DNA from: Candidatus Latescibacterota bacterium
Lineage (GTDB): Bacteria; Latescibacterota; UBA2968; GCA-2709665
DNA: 64,000 nt
Assembly: GCA_965205485.1 (NCBI GenBank)
Contig: OZ242180.1
Span: forward strand, 3,584,001-3,648,000
Direction: 5' to 3'
Shown one piece after another: positions 47,960 through 57,719 of the stretch. Made by a program: the position numbers and the translations under genes. The notes under the pieces are model-generated. The model was not told the DNA's origin. It saw only the letters and a list, made by a program, of their open reading frames with translations, and searched no databases. The first letter of the stretch is position 1. The number at the start of each line of letters is the position of its first letter.

Positions 47960-50900
47960 ATGCCAGATACGAAAGGTTCACAAGGGAAGTTGAAACGGCC
48001 GAAAAAAAGCTATCCGGACACGGTGCTGGCCAGCCGCGGCAGACCCACATCGGCAATTGTCTGCCCGGACGATGCGCAGTATCGGGAACTGGCTTCGGAA
48101 TTGCAGGCAGCGATCCGTGACCTTTCCGGCGCGGACGTTCCCATCGTGACGGACGCGGACCCGACGACGCCTCCGGACCGCCATCTCATTCTGCTGGGAA
48201 ACGTGAACGCGAACCGCGCGGTCTTCCGTCTCTACGGATACAACTATACCCCTGCGGACGACCTGTATCCGGGCCGCGGGGGATATCTCGTTCAGACGAT
48301 TCACGACCCGTGGGGAAACGGCTCGAACGCCGTGGGTCTCTTCGGCAGCGACCCGGATGGCGTGCGTGCCGCGGTGGGGCGGTTCTCGGCGAAACTGGAA
48401 AAGGGGGAGACGCTTTCGACCGGTCCTCTGTTCGACGTGAGGTTCGGGCCGGAGGCATTGAAGATTCCGGGACTCGAAGACGAACCCGATATCGATTCTG
48501 AGATGGCGGCCGCGGAGGAGGCATTGCGCCGGGGGGAACATACGGGCCTTTGGGGCCGGATCGGCGAGCGGGGGCTCTTGTACGGGCTTACCGGAAAAGA
48601 CGTCTATGCCGAGCTGTATAAGCGCCTCGTGTACCGGATGTACCGGCACGCGATGTCCGATCCGGACAACTACGGCGGCATCTGGGGATTCGACGCCGAT
48701 TTTGCACTGCATAAAGTGATGCCGGGTTGGGACCTCGTCGAGGAGAGCCCGGTGATCTCGGAGGACGACCGGCTGCGGATTACCCGGATCCTGTTCGAGT
48801 TCATCAGCGACTGCGTGTCACACGTGGGCGATATGGAAGTGCCCCGCGTGAGGCACAACCACACCACGTTCGCCGCATTGGGGCTGCACTACGCCGGCGC
48901 CTATTTCCGGAAGTATTACGGGATTCCGGAAGCGGACGCGTGGCTGGCGCTGTCCGACGCGTGTTTCCGGTTCCAGGCAAAGGCGTTCAAGCCTCACGAA
49001 GACTGCAGCGGGTACCAGTGGTTGACCCATTACCACCTGACCAGGTATTCGCTCTCCAGTGGAGATATGACGTTCTTCGAGAACGGGTGCGCCCGGAAGG
49101 CGGCCGACTACGCCGTCCTGACAACGGACAATCTGGGCTATGCACTGCCCTATGGCGACAATGCCTCGCCTTTCGGATGGTGGAGCGAGCTGCCCTATCT
49201 GCGGGCTGCCGTTTTCGCGCTGGAAGACGGGCGATATCAGTGGATGCTCGACAGGAAGACGGTCGTCGAGCCTCGATTCGCGGCATACGAATACCACAGA
49301 CGGGTGACCCCGGTCGAGCCAGCGGACCTTGACGGCACGCAGGTGTTCCCGGTGGATCCGCTGTATTACGCGTCGAATCAGGGGAATGACCATCTGCCGT
49401 TGAAGAAAACCGTCGACAAGGTCGTATTCCGGGACGGGTACGATCCTATGGCGCAGTATCTGTTCCTGGACGGGCTCTCGAACGGAGGGCACAAACATTA
49501 CGACGGGAATTCGATTTGCCGCATAACCCAGCGGCGGCGGATCTGGCTGGCCGATTGCGACTATATCAAGTCGTTACCCAAGTTTCACAACGGCGTGCTG
49601 GTTTTCAGGAACGGACAGTCCGCCGAGATTCCGCCGTTCGTGGAGCTCGAGCGCGCCGCGAACTTCGACCGATCGGGCTTCTCCGAGACCACGCTGCGCG
49701 ACTACAGCGGGGTGGACTGGCACCGCAACATCCTCTGGAACCGGGGTCGGTTCTTCCTGGTGATCGATGAGATGGAAGCCCTGTCGGACGATGATTTCGG
49801 TTTCAGGGCGATCTGGCAGACGCTGGGCGACGTGGCATTGCGCGGCGGCGGCCTGACGGTGGAGCAGGACGGAGAGCGGTTTTTCATCCAGGGACTGAAG
49901 GGACCTTCGCTGAAGCTGGAAGACGACGGGGAAACGGGCAGGAACTGGACGGAATATCCGCACGCGGAACCGGTCGTGCGGATCCTTCAGCAGATCGTGG
50001 ACGTACGATTGAAGGCTCATGAGACCTATCGGTTCTTCAACCTTCTCTATTGCGGCAGCGAACCGGCCACACGGAGTTTGAAGTTGACGCGGCTGACGGA
50101 TGGCGCCGTCCGGATTGACGGTGGTGAGGAAGTCGTCTACGCCGGCACGGGAGAACCCGGTGAACCGGTCGAGATTCCAGGCGGTCCCACCGTGGCCGCG
50201 GCTCAGTTCATGGTCTCTCCGTCCCGTTTCGCGGTCGTTGACGGCACGCGGGTAGGGTGGGGAGGGGTGGAACTGCGTTCGGAACAACCGGTGTCTATGG
50301 AGTACGATCCGGTTCGGTGCGAGGGTCGGGCGGCCGCCCGGCAGGGCGTCAGGCTGTACCTGTGGTCGGATGGTCGCTCGGGCGTTAGTATCGACGGAAA
50401 AGCCGTGGATGCGTCCGTTTCCGGCGACATGGTGTCTTTTGCATTGCCCGCCGGCGACCATCGATTCCGCGTGGTGCCTGACGCCGTAATGTCTCTGCGC
50501 AGGGCGGCCACGCGTACGGTGCGCTCGAATGCGTCGCAGCCTGAATTGATCCGACCCGGCCGGGGCCGCACGGGTCGATTGAAGCCGCTCTGGACCTTTG
50601 GGGAAGAGGGACCGTTTCTCTCGTTGTACGCGGCAGACCTGATGCGGGACGGATCGGACGTGCTGGTGGCGGGCGGCCGGGGCGCGTCCGTATGTGCGCT
50701 GCGGGATGGCGCCGCGCTCTGGCGGTTCCGCACCGGAGGCGAGGTGAGGTCCGTATGGGCCGCGGATCTGGCGGGTGACGGCAGGGCACGGGTAATTGCA
50801 GGGTCCGCGGATACGAAGGTCTACGTGCTCAGCGCAAGCGGAAGGGTGATGTGGGACTATGAAATCCCACTCTACTACCGAAAGCCAATGCTGAAAACCG

Positions 50901-51658
50901 TATTTGCAGGCGACATCAACGGGGACGGCAAGCTGGAGGTGATCGCCGGAGCCGAGTCCTGGCGCTACTATGCGTTCACCCACGAGGGAAAGCTGCTGTG
51001 GTATCAGATGACCGTACACTCATCCACCCAGGGCTGCGCGGCGGATATCGACGGCGACGGCAGGGACGAGGTGATCGCCGGAACGGAATACCATCGCTGG
51101 CACTGCATTGACGGTAGCGGAGCGATCCGATGGTCCTACCATCCCAGTACCGGCCCACGGACCAATTCCGCCACGGCGGGCGATCTGAATGGGGACGGCA
51201 TGAAGGAAGTGGTCTTCGCGGGGGCCGACACGCATATTCATACCCTTGGCGCAGACGGAGGGCTCCTCTGGCAGTTCAATACCGGGGACGAGGTGACGCA
51301 GGTCGTCACGGAGGATATGGATGGGGACGGGCTGGACGAGGTGGTCGCGTCTTCGATGAGTTTCAACGTGTACGTGATCAAGGGCGACGGGCGGACCGTT
51401 GTATGGCGTGCGGACCTCGGGGAGGTCGTGCGTTGTATTGCCGTGGGTGATTTCGACGGAGACGGAAGACCCGAGGTCGCCGCGGGGACCGAGGATGGCG
51501 TCGTGCATCTGCTTGCGAACCGTGATGGACGTACGCTGGCGCGTTTCAAAACCGGCGGCGCGCTGATGACAATGGCCGCGGCGGACGTGGACGGGGACGG
51601 CATTCCGGAAATCGCGGCGGCTTCCGGCGACGGGGCGCTTTACGTATTGAAGCGGTAG
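47960..51658 (+). CDS. Large multidomain protein: heparinase II/III-like region plus C-terminal FG-GAP/PQQ-like beta-propeller
   Basis: 1232 aa; HNH and GHKHYDGNSI motifs; repeated DxxGDGxxEV and LLWQF units. Confidence 0.65.
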   Translation: MPDTKGSQGKLKRPKKSYPDTVLASRGRPTSAIVCPDDAQYRELASELQAAIRDLSGADVPIVTDADPTTPPDRHLILLGNVNANRAVFRLYGYNYTPADDLYPGRGGYLVQTIHDPWGNGSNAVGLFGSDPDGVRAAVGRFSAKLEKGETLSTGPLFDVRFGPEALKIPGLEDEPDIDSEMAAAEEALRRGEHTGLWGRIGERGLLYGLTGKDVYAELYKRLVYRMYRHAMSDPDNYGGIWGFDADFALHKVMPGWDLVEESPVISEDDRLRITRILFEFISDCVSHVGDMEVPRVRHNHTTFAALGLHYAGAYFRKYYGIPEADAWLALSDACFRFQAKAFKPHEDCSGYQWLTHYHLTRYSLSSGDMTFFENGCARKAADYAVLTTDNLGYALPYGDNASPFGWWSELPYLRAAVFALEDGRYQWMLDRKTVVEPRFAAYEYHRRVTPVEPADLDGTQVFPVDPLYYASNQGNDHLPLKKTVDKVVFRDGYDPMAQYLFLDGLSNGGHKHYDGNSICRITQRRRIWLADCDYIKSLPKFHNGVLVFRNGQSAEIPPFVELERAANFDRSGFSETTLRDYSGVDWHRNILWNRGRFFLVIDEMEALSDDDFGFRAIWQTLGDVALRGGGLTVEQDGERFFIQGLKGPSLKLEDDGETGRNWTEYPHAEPVVRILQQIVDVRLKAHETYRFFNLLYCGSEPATRSLKLTRLTDGAVRIDGGEEVVYAGTGEPGEPVEIPGGPTVAAAQFMVSPSRFAVVDGTRVGWGGVELRSEQPVSMEYDPVRCEGRAAARQGVRLYLWSDGRSGVSIDGKAVDASVSGDMVSFALPAGDHRFRVVPDAVMSLRRAATRTVRSNASQPELIRPGRGRTGRLKPLWTFGEEGPFLSLYAADLMRDGSDVLVAGGRGASVCALRDGAALWRFRTGGEVRSVWAADLAGDGRARVIAGSADTKVYVLSASGRVMWDYEIPLYYRKPMLKTVFAGDINGDGKLEVIAGAESWRYYAFTHEGKLLWYQMTVHSSTQGCAADIDGDGRDEVIAGTEYHRWHCIDGSGAIRWSYHPSTGPRTNSATAGDLNGDGMKEVVFAGADTHIHTLGADGGLLWQFNTGDEVTQVVTEDMDGDGLDEVVASSMSFNVYVIKGDGRTVVWRADLGEVVRCIAVGDFDGDGRPEVAAGTEDGVVHLLANRDGRTLARFKTGGALMTMAAADVDGDGIPEIAAASGDGALYVLKR

Positions 51659-51667
51659 GCCGACCCC

Positions 51668-51704
51668 GCAGCCCTGCGAAGACCGCTGGGTATTTTGAGA
51701 CAGC
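51668..51704. mobile_element. Isolated right-end fragment of MITE family B
   Basis: GCAGCCCTGCGAAGACCGCTGGGTATTTTGAGACAGC vs GCAGCCGCGCGAAGACCGCTGGGAATTTTAAGACAGC. Confidence 0.7.
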
Positions 51705-51706
51705 GA

Positions 51707-52267
51707 CTAAAGACCCAGTTCATCCGCGATGCCGGCCATTGCGTCACGCACGAATGCGATATGTTCGTCCAGGTCCACCCCGAGTTCCGATGCCCCCGTG
51801 AGGATGTCGTCACGGCTGACGGCCCGCGCGAATCCTTTCTGTTTCATCTTCCTGCGTACGGACGAGGTCTTCAGGTCCGCCAGTTTCCTCGAAGGTTGCA
51901 TCAGCGTGACGGCGACGATAAACCCGGTGAGTTCATCCACGGCGAACAGGGCCCTGTCGAGCAGGCTGTCCCTGGGCACGCCAAGGTACGTGGCGTGAGA
52001 TTTGATCGCGTGGATGACGTCCGCCGGATATCCTCTTTCCGAAAGGATGCTGACGCCGAACATCGGGTGCTCTTCGGGGCTGGGGTGTTTCTCGTAGTCG
52101 AAGTCGTGCAGCAGCCCGGTGATGCCCCACAGATCCTCGTCCTGCCCGAATTTTCGGGCGTAGGCCCGCATTGCCGCCTCCACAGCCAGCATATGCTTGA
52201 CGAGGTTCGGATTCTTCGTGTGTTCGCACAACAGTTGAAAGGCTTCATCCCTGCTCGGTAGTGACAT
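51707..52267 (-). CDS. HD/HDIG domain phosphohydrolase
   Basis: KHMLAVE, GLLHDFDYE, AVDELTG, FARAVSR. Confidence 0.9.
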   Translation of the reverse strand: MSLPSRDEAFQLLCEHTKNPNLVKHMLAVEAAMRAYARKFGQDEDLWGITGLLHDFDYEKHPSPEEHPMFGVSILSERGYPADVIHAIKSHATYLGVPRDSLLDRALFAVDELTGFIVAVTLMQPSRKLADLKTSSVRRKMKQKGFARAVSRDDILTGASELGVDLDEHIAFVRDAMAGIADELGL

Positions 52268-52343
52268 CAGGGCTCCTTTTCCATGCCATATAGCCGTTGC
52301 CCAGGGTATTCCGTTTGCCTTGATGGAGCGTCTTTGCGGCGGT

Positions 52344-53228
52344 TTATGGACTGGTACGGGTCAGCGTTTCGAACAGTTTTCGGGTTGCCATGGAGTGACT
52401 GCGGCCCTTGCGCTGAAGGACGCCAAGCGTGCGTATCAACGGCTTGCCGCGAAGCGGAAGCGCTCTCAGGGTATCTTTGAACCGGCCCTGTCGCAGCGCC
52501 GATGAAGGCACCAGGGAGATTCCGATATCCACCTCGACGGCGTGGATCAGGGTCGCGATATGGTCCAGTTCCATGACCGGTCGGAGGTTCACGCCGTGTT
52601 TCCTGAAGTACCGGTCGACCGCCGTCCTGGTAGGAAATTCAGGTGTGAACAGGATCAGCGGCTGTTCCGCCAGTTCACCCGGGCTGACGTTCGGCTGCAC
52701 GCTGAGCGGGTTGGATACGGAGCAGATCACCACCATCGGGTCTTCCGCAAACTGGACAGCGTCCACGTTTCGCTGAGAGCGGGGAAAGGCGACGACACCC
52801 AGGTCGATCTGGCCGCTTGCCACGTTGTCGTAGATATTGCTTGCCTGGGCATAAGACAATCGCAGATTTACTTTGGGATGGCCCTTGATGTACGTTTTCA
52901 GAAACGGGGCCAGTTCCATCATGCCCACGCTGTAGATGGCGGAGAGTCCTACGGTGCCTGAGATCTCTCCGCTCAAGGACTGCAAACGGTGCTGCATTTC
53001 ATCGAAGCGTCGGACGATCTCCCGTGCGTACCCGTAGAAGACTTCGCCTTCAGCGGTAAGGGAAAGCCGTCTCTTTTCCCGCTGCACCAGTTGCCGGCCC
53101 TGCCGTTTTTCGATGCTCTTGAGTTGCTGACTGACGGCCGACTGGCTGACGTCATTGAGCAGGGCAGTCTTGGAAAAGCTCTGGGTTTCTATGAGGTCGC
53201 AAAAGACCTTGAGGCTTTCTGTCAGCAC
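52344..53228 (-). CDS. LysR family transcriptional regulator
   Basis: SFSKTA..VSQSAVSQQLKSIE HTH, LTAEG, substrate-binding domain. Confidence 0.93.
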   Translation of the reverse strand: MLTESLKVFCDLIETQSFSKTALLNDVSQSAVSQQLKSIEKRQGRQLVQREKRRLSLTAEGEVFYGYAREIVRRFDEMQHRLQSLSGEISGTVGLSAIYSVGMMELAPFLKTYIKGHPKVNLRLSYAQASNIYDNVASGQIDLGVVAFPRSQRNVDAVQFAEDPMVVICSVSNPLSVQPNVSPGELAEQPLILFTPEFPTRTAVDRYFRKHGVNLRPVMELDHIATLIHAVEVDIGISLVPSSALRQGRFKDTLRALPLRGKPLIRTLGVLQRKGRSHSMATRKLFETLTRTSP

Positions 53229-53634
53229 GAAATGGTTCCCGGTTCGGAATGGATGTTTCTTCCCGGACGTGACGGCGATTGCGATCGTACGTAGCGGCGT
53301 TCATAGCCGAAGGTTTACGGGCGCGCGAACACACGGTCATTCGGCATCGTCTATCGGCGGATCGCGACGGGAAAACTATAAGATACGCGAAAGCAAGTCA
53401 ACAGAAAATCTATATGACCGTGCAGTGATCGAGGCGGTGTAACGAGGGTTGAATCGGACACGATCCGCGCCGGAATGAAAACGCGGGTCCGGGTAGAGGA
53501 TCCGCCTAACTGCCTGCTATGTATTAATTTTCTTGTGTCAATCCGGCGATGGGGGTATATTTCGCGTTCCGCCTCAGCCGGTTCCGGCGTTGCGGCGAAG
53601 GGACCTCGCAAGAGATTTTGGAGGAAACCTGATT

Positions 53635-54510
53635 GTGAATTGGTTTGACCGATTGAAGTCCGGAATCCAGACGCTTGTCCGACGGACGATGCCCGATAAT
53701 CTGTGGATCAAGTGCGAACGATGCCATCAGACGCTCTACAGCAAGCAGGTACGGCAGGAGTTCGGGATCTGTCCCCACTGCGGCGCGCACTTCAGGATCG
53801 GGTATAAGGAATACCTGGACCATATCCTCGACGAAGGCTCTTTCAAGGAGATTGCCACTGAGGTAAAGTCCGCCGATCCGTTACAATTTGAAGATCGCAA
53901 GCGTTATGCCGATCGGATCCGGGAGGGTCGCAAGGCCACGGGCCTGGACGCGGCGGTCAGCGTGGGCATCGGGAAGATTGATGGCTGGCGCGTCGGCGTG
54001 GGGATTCACGAACCCGCGTTTATCATGGGTACGCTGTCGTCGGCGGAGGGCGAGCGGTTTTGCCGGCTGATCGATCGGTGCGTCACGGAGCGTCTGCCCC
54101 TCCTCCTGATCTGTCGATCGGGCGGCGCCAGGATGCAGGAAAGCGCGCTTTCGCTGATGCAACTCGCCAAGATCAATGCAAGGCTTGCGCGGTTTGCAGA
54201 CGAGGGTCTGCTGTTCATTTCAGTACTGACGGACCCGACGACTGCCGGCGTGTCCGCCAGTTATGCCCTGATCGGCGACATCAATATCGCGGAGCCCAAC
54301 GCGTTGATCGGTTTTACGGGCGAGCGGATTACCGGTAGTTCCGTGGGTGAGGACGAACTGGAGGCGCTCCGTCGCGCCCAGCGCGCCGAGAAGGTCCTTG
54401 AGCATGGATTCGTTGACATGATCGTGCCGCGCAACGAAATGCGGCAGACGCTGGCCAGGCTGTATTCGCTGTTGTTGAACTCGCGATCCGGCGCAAAGGT
54501 ACGGGTTTGA
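53635..54510 (+). CDS. accD: Acetyl-CoA carboxylase carboxyltransferase beta subunit
   Basis: LWIKCERC/CPHC zinc finger, SGGARMQE, SLMQLAK, DPTTAGVSAS, AEPNALIGF, HGFVDMIV. Confidence 0.93.
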   Translation: MNWFDRLKSGIQTLVRRTMPDNLWIKCERCHQTLYSKQVRQEFGICPHCGAHFRIGYKEYLDHILDEGSFKEIATEVKSADPLQFEDRKRYADRIREGRKATGLDAAVSVGIGKIDGWRVGVGIHEPAFIMGTLSSAEGERFCRLIDRCVTERLPLLLICRSGGARMQESALSLMQLAKINARLARFADEGLLFISVLTDPTTAGVSASYALIGDINIAEPNALIGFTGERITGSSVGEDELEALRRAQRAEKVLEHGFVDMIVPRNEMRQTLARLYSLLLNSRSGAKVRV

Positions 54511-54566
54511 CACCATGTGACGCCTGACGTTCCGATCTCCGGCCGGCGAACTCATAAGAGGCTGAC

Positions 54567-55091
54567 GTGGGTGCGGGTCTGAACGTCTATGTGACGGTTT
54601 TTCTGTTTCGGAAAAACCGTGTTTTGTTACTTGAGCGTGGGTCCCGCAAACGGTTTGCGCCGGGCCGATGGACAGGAGTCGGGGGCCGGGCGGAACCCGG
54701 CGAGATGGGCGATCTGGAATCGGCGGCGCTCCGCGAGGTGAGCGAGGAAGCCGGCATCGAAGCGGAGGACATCGAGAATCTCAATATCCGCGTCGTTTTG
54801 TCCCGGATTGAAGACGGCGACCTCACCACCGTGGTATTCTTCTCGGGGCATACCGATCGCGAGTCCTTGCATCAATGTGACGAAGGGCGTCTGCAGTGGG
54901 TCGAGTTGGATCGTGTGGATGACCTGGACCTTGTCGAAAACGCCAGATATGCGTTGAATCTGGCCCTCCCGGCAGAGGAATCCGCGTCCCCCGGACTGTT
55001 TCTTGCCGTGGAAGACGCGGCGTGCGGCGGCGCCATCCGCGCGGTGAGGGTGAATCCTCCGGTATCCGGGAATTCGTCCGGAACACGGTAA
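54567..55091 (+). CDS. NUDIX hydrolase
   Basis: GVGGRAEPGE......AALREVSEEAG Nudix box. Confidence 0.88.
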   Translation: MGAGLNVYVTVFLFRKNRVLLLERGSRKRFAPGRWTGVGGRAEPGEMGDLESAALREVSEEAGIEAEDIENLNIRVVLSRIEDGDLTTVVFFSGHTDRESLHQCDEGRLQWVELDRVDDLDLVENARYALNLALPAEESASPGLFLAVEDAACGGAIRAVRVNPPVSGNSSGTR

Positions 55092-55096
55092 ACACA

Positions 55097-56170
55097 ATGA
55101 AATTCGTCATTCGGGCCGGCGGTTTCGGAACACGGCTGTGGCCCTACAGCCGGACGTCGAGGCCCAAGCAGTTCCACAGGATGGTGGGAGAACGCACCAT
55201 GCTGCAGGAGGCTGTCCACCGGATCCGGCCGCTGGTGGACGTGCGCAACCTCCACGTTTCAACGGGCAGCGACCTGGTCGCGCTGGTTCGTGAACAGCTC
55301 CCCGAAATGCCCGGTACCGGGTTGATCGTCGAGCCGGCGCTGCGCAATACCGGACCGGCCGTGGGACTGGAATGCGTACTTCTCGAAAGCAGGTACCCCG
55401 GCTGTACTGTGGCCAGCCTGGGCTCCGACCACCATATCGGCAAGCCCGGGGAGTTCTGCCGGCTGCTTCGCGTTGCGGAAGAAGCCGTGGAGGAGGATCC
55501 CGACGCCCTCTTTACGCTTGGGGTGAAACCCACCCGCGTGGAGACGGGGTACGGCTACATCCAGAAGGGGGGCGTTGCCAGGCGGGTAAACGGTGAGCCG
55601 GTCTACGGCGTCGCGCGGTTCAGGGAGAAACCCGATGAGCCGACTGCGAGGCGATACGTTGAAAGCGGCGACTTTCTCTGGAACAGCAACATGTTCGTCT
55701 GGAAGGCGCGTACGGTCCTGGCGCTGTTCGAGCAGTTTGAGCCGGAACTCCACCGAATCCTGATGCGCATTCAGGTAGCGGTGGGCACCGCGTCGGAACC
55801 GGATGTCATCGCGCGGGAGTATCCCCGGATGACGGAGGTGGCCATAGACAATGCCGTTATTGAACGAGCGCCACGGGTGGCCACCCTGGAGGCGGATATA
55901 GACTGGAGCGATATCGGCAGTTGGGGCGCGCTGACGGATATCCTTCCGGTGGACACCGAGGGCAATCTGGTCTCGGGCGACGTATTGAATCTGAATTCAC
56001 GGGATATCACGGCTTATGGCGTCGAGGGCAAGCTGATCGCCCTCGTGGACGTGGAGGGTCTGGTCGTTGTCGATACGCCCGACGCGCTGTTGATCTGCCG
56101 GCGCGACCGGGCGCAGCGCGTGAGAGACGTAGTCTCGGCATTGCGGGATGACCGCGCAGGGTATCTTTAG
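55097..56170 (+). CDS. Mannose-1-phosphate guanylyltransferase (no isomerase domain)
   Basis: AGGFGTRLWP.SR...PKQF, EP..RNT.PA, ETGYGYI, FREKP, WSDIGSW. Confidence 0.9.
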   Translation: MKFVIRAGGFGTRLWPYSRTSRPKQFHRMVGERTMLQEAVHRIRPLVDVRNLHVSTGSDLVALVREQLPEMPGTGLIVEPALRNTGPAVGLECVLLESRYPGCTVASLGSDHHIGKPGEFCRLLRVAEEAVEEDPDALFTLGVKPTRVETGYGYIQKGGVARRVNGEPVYGVARFREKPDEPTARRYVESGDFLWNSNMFVWKARTVLALFEQFEPELHRILMRIQVAVGTASEPDVIAREYPRMTEVAIDNAVIERAPRVATLEADIDWSDIGSWGALTDILPVDTEGNLVSGDVLNLNSRDITAYGVEGKLIALVDVEGLVVVDTPDALLICRRDRAQRVRDVVSALRDDRAGYL

Positions 56171-56291
56171 TCGGAACGGATTCTGAATCGACGGCGCCGT
56201 CTGCGCTGCGGACGGCCCTGCAGGCTCAGTTCCACGAATGGCGACCGTGCGCGACGACGCGGCGACTCGGATTGGCATTGGAGAAGTCGGC

Positions 56292-56732
56292 ATGAAAATA
56301 CTCGTGCTTCAGGGACCTAACCTGAATATGCTCGGGAAGCGGAAGGCGGATCACTATGGTCTCGTTACGCTGGACGAGATCCACGCCAGGCTCCGGGAAC
56401 GCGCGAGCGCGGTGGGCTGCGAGCTGGAATTCCTGCAGTCCAACCACGAGGGCGTTCTCGTCGACCGGGTCCACGAGGCGAGGGAGCGCGTCCAGGGTAT
56501 CATTCTCAATCCGGCGGGTCTGACGGGGTTCGGTTACTCGCTGCGGGATGCCGTTGAAGACAGCCGGCTGCCAACGGTGGAGGTGCATCTGTCGAATATC
56601 CATGCCAGAGAAGCGTTCCGGAGGCATTCCTGCTTTTCGGCGATCGTGGTCGGGCAGGTTGCCGGATTCAAGTGGCGCGGATATATCGCGGCGCTGGAGA
56701 TGCTCGTGGATATGCTCAGAGAAGAAGAATAA
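56292..56732 (+). CDS. aroQ: Type II 3-dehydroquinate dehydratase
   Basis: GPNLNMLGKR, QSNHEG, NPAG, EVHLSNIHARE.FR. Confidence 0.95.
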   Translation: MKILVLQGPNLNMLGKRKADHYGLVTLDEIHARLRERASAVGCELEFLQSNHEGVLVDRVHEARERVQGIILNPAGLTGFGYSLRDAVEDSRLPTVEVHLSNIHAREAFRRHSCFSAIVVGQVAGFKWRGYIAALEMLVDMLREEE

Positions 56733-56761
56733 AGCAGGACAGGTTGACTGGACAGCGAAAC

Positions 56762-56790
56762 GCCCCGGAGGGATCCCCGGGGCATCTTTG
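56762..56790. terminator. Hairpin between convergent genes (probable bidirectional terminator)
   Basis: GCCCCGG...CCGGGGC followed by ATCTTTG. Confidence 0.55.
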
Positions 56791-56822
56791 TGTTTCCTGC
56801 TTCGTATTCCGGCCGCGCGCGG

Positions 56823-57515
56823 TCAGTTTCGCCTTGCCTTGATCATGTACCGCACGGCGTCGGCGACGATGCCGGCGGCGCCTTCGATACCGGTTTGCCG
56901 GGTATTGAGCGTCAGGTGATAGTTTTCGGTAGCGTTCCAGGCGATTCCGTAGTGCCGTTTGAGATAGCGTTTCCGGTACTCGTCCATCTTGCGGATGCGT
57001 TTCGTTGCGGCGTCTGATTCCAGATCCTCCCGCTCCATAACCACCTGGATCCGGTAATCGATGGGGGCAACCACGCGCAGATGGAGGGTGTCCGGCCGAT
57101 CTCTCAGCAGCACCTGCCCGCCCCGGCCCACCAGAATCACGTTGTCCCGTTCGGCCAGGCGCGCGACGACTTCACGCGTGATGTTGACAAAGGCTTCCTC
57201 GTCCGGAAGGGGCAGACCGGCATCGCTTCGCCCGGTCAGTTCGGGAACCGTCGCGGTCGCCCACCATTCGTACTCGGAAAGGCCGGTAATGGCTTCCGGA
57301 TGCCCCGGCGTGAGGAATTTTCGAATCACACGCATGGCGGGATGTTCAGGACGTTCGTCGAAACGTTCGGCTTCAGAGACCGGGACCTGGGCCTCATTGG
57401 CCACTTCTACCAGCAGGTCTTTGTTCATGCAAAGATAACCCAGCAGATCCGCCGCCTTTTGTGCGACCGATCGTCCGTCGCTGCCGTATTCTCTTGAAAC
57501 GGTAATCACACCCAT
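56823..57515 (-). CDS. Cytidylate kinase-like family protein
   Basis: ITVSREYGSDG, ILVGRGG, D..RKRY, YHLTLNT. Confidence 0.88.
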   Translation of the reverse strand: MGVITVSREYGSDGRSVAQKAADLLGYLCMNKDLLVEVANEAQVPVSEAERFDERPEHPAMRVIRKFLTPGHPEAITGLSEYEWWATATVPELTGRSDAGLPLPDEEAFVNITREVVARLAERDNVILVGRGGQVLLRDRPDTLHLRVVAPIDYRIQVVMEREDLESDAATKRIRKMDEYRKRYLKRHYGIAWNATENYHLTLNTRQTGIEGAAGIVADAVRYMIKARRN

Positions 57516-57629
57516 GGGGAGCCTCGCTGATGTGAGATGCCGCTTTCGGATTCAACGTTGCGCGGAAAGTCAGGGGATTCGAATATCGGCATAAGTTAGT
57601 GAGTATTTTTGATTTGTCAACAGGTTTAA

Positions 57630-57660
57630 CAGTACGTTGATAAAGTCGCTCTGCGGGCAG
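57630..57660. mobile_element. Left-end fragment of MITE family A
   Basis: TTAA-CAGTACGTTGATAAAGTCGCTCTGC. Confidence 0.65.
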
Positions 57661-57719
57661 GCAAGCATTTCGTGGAGAAACGAGATCCGGCGGTTAACGC
57701 CGGAAAAGAGGGACGGCCA

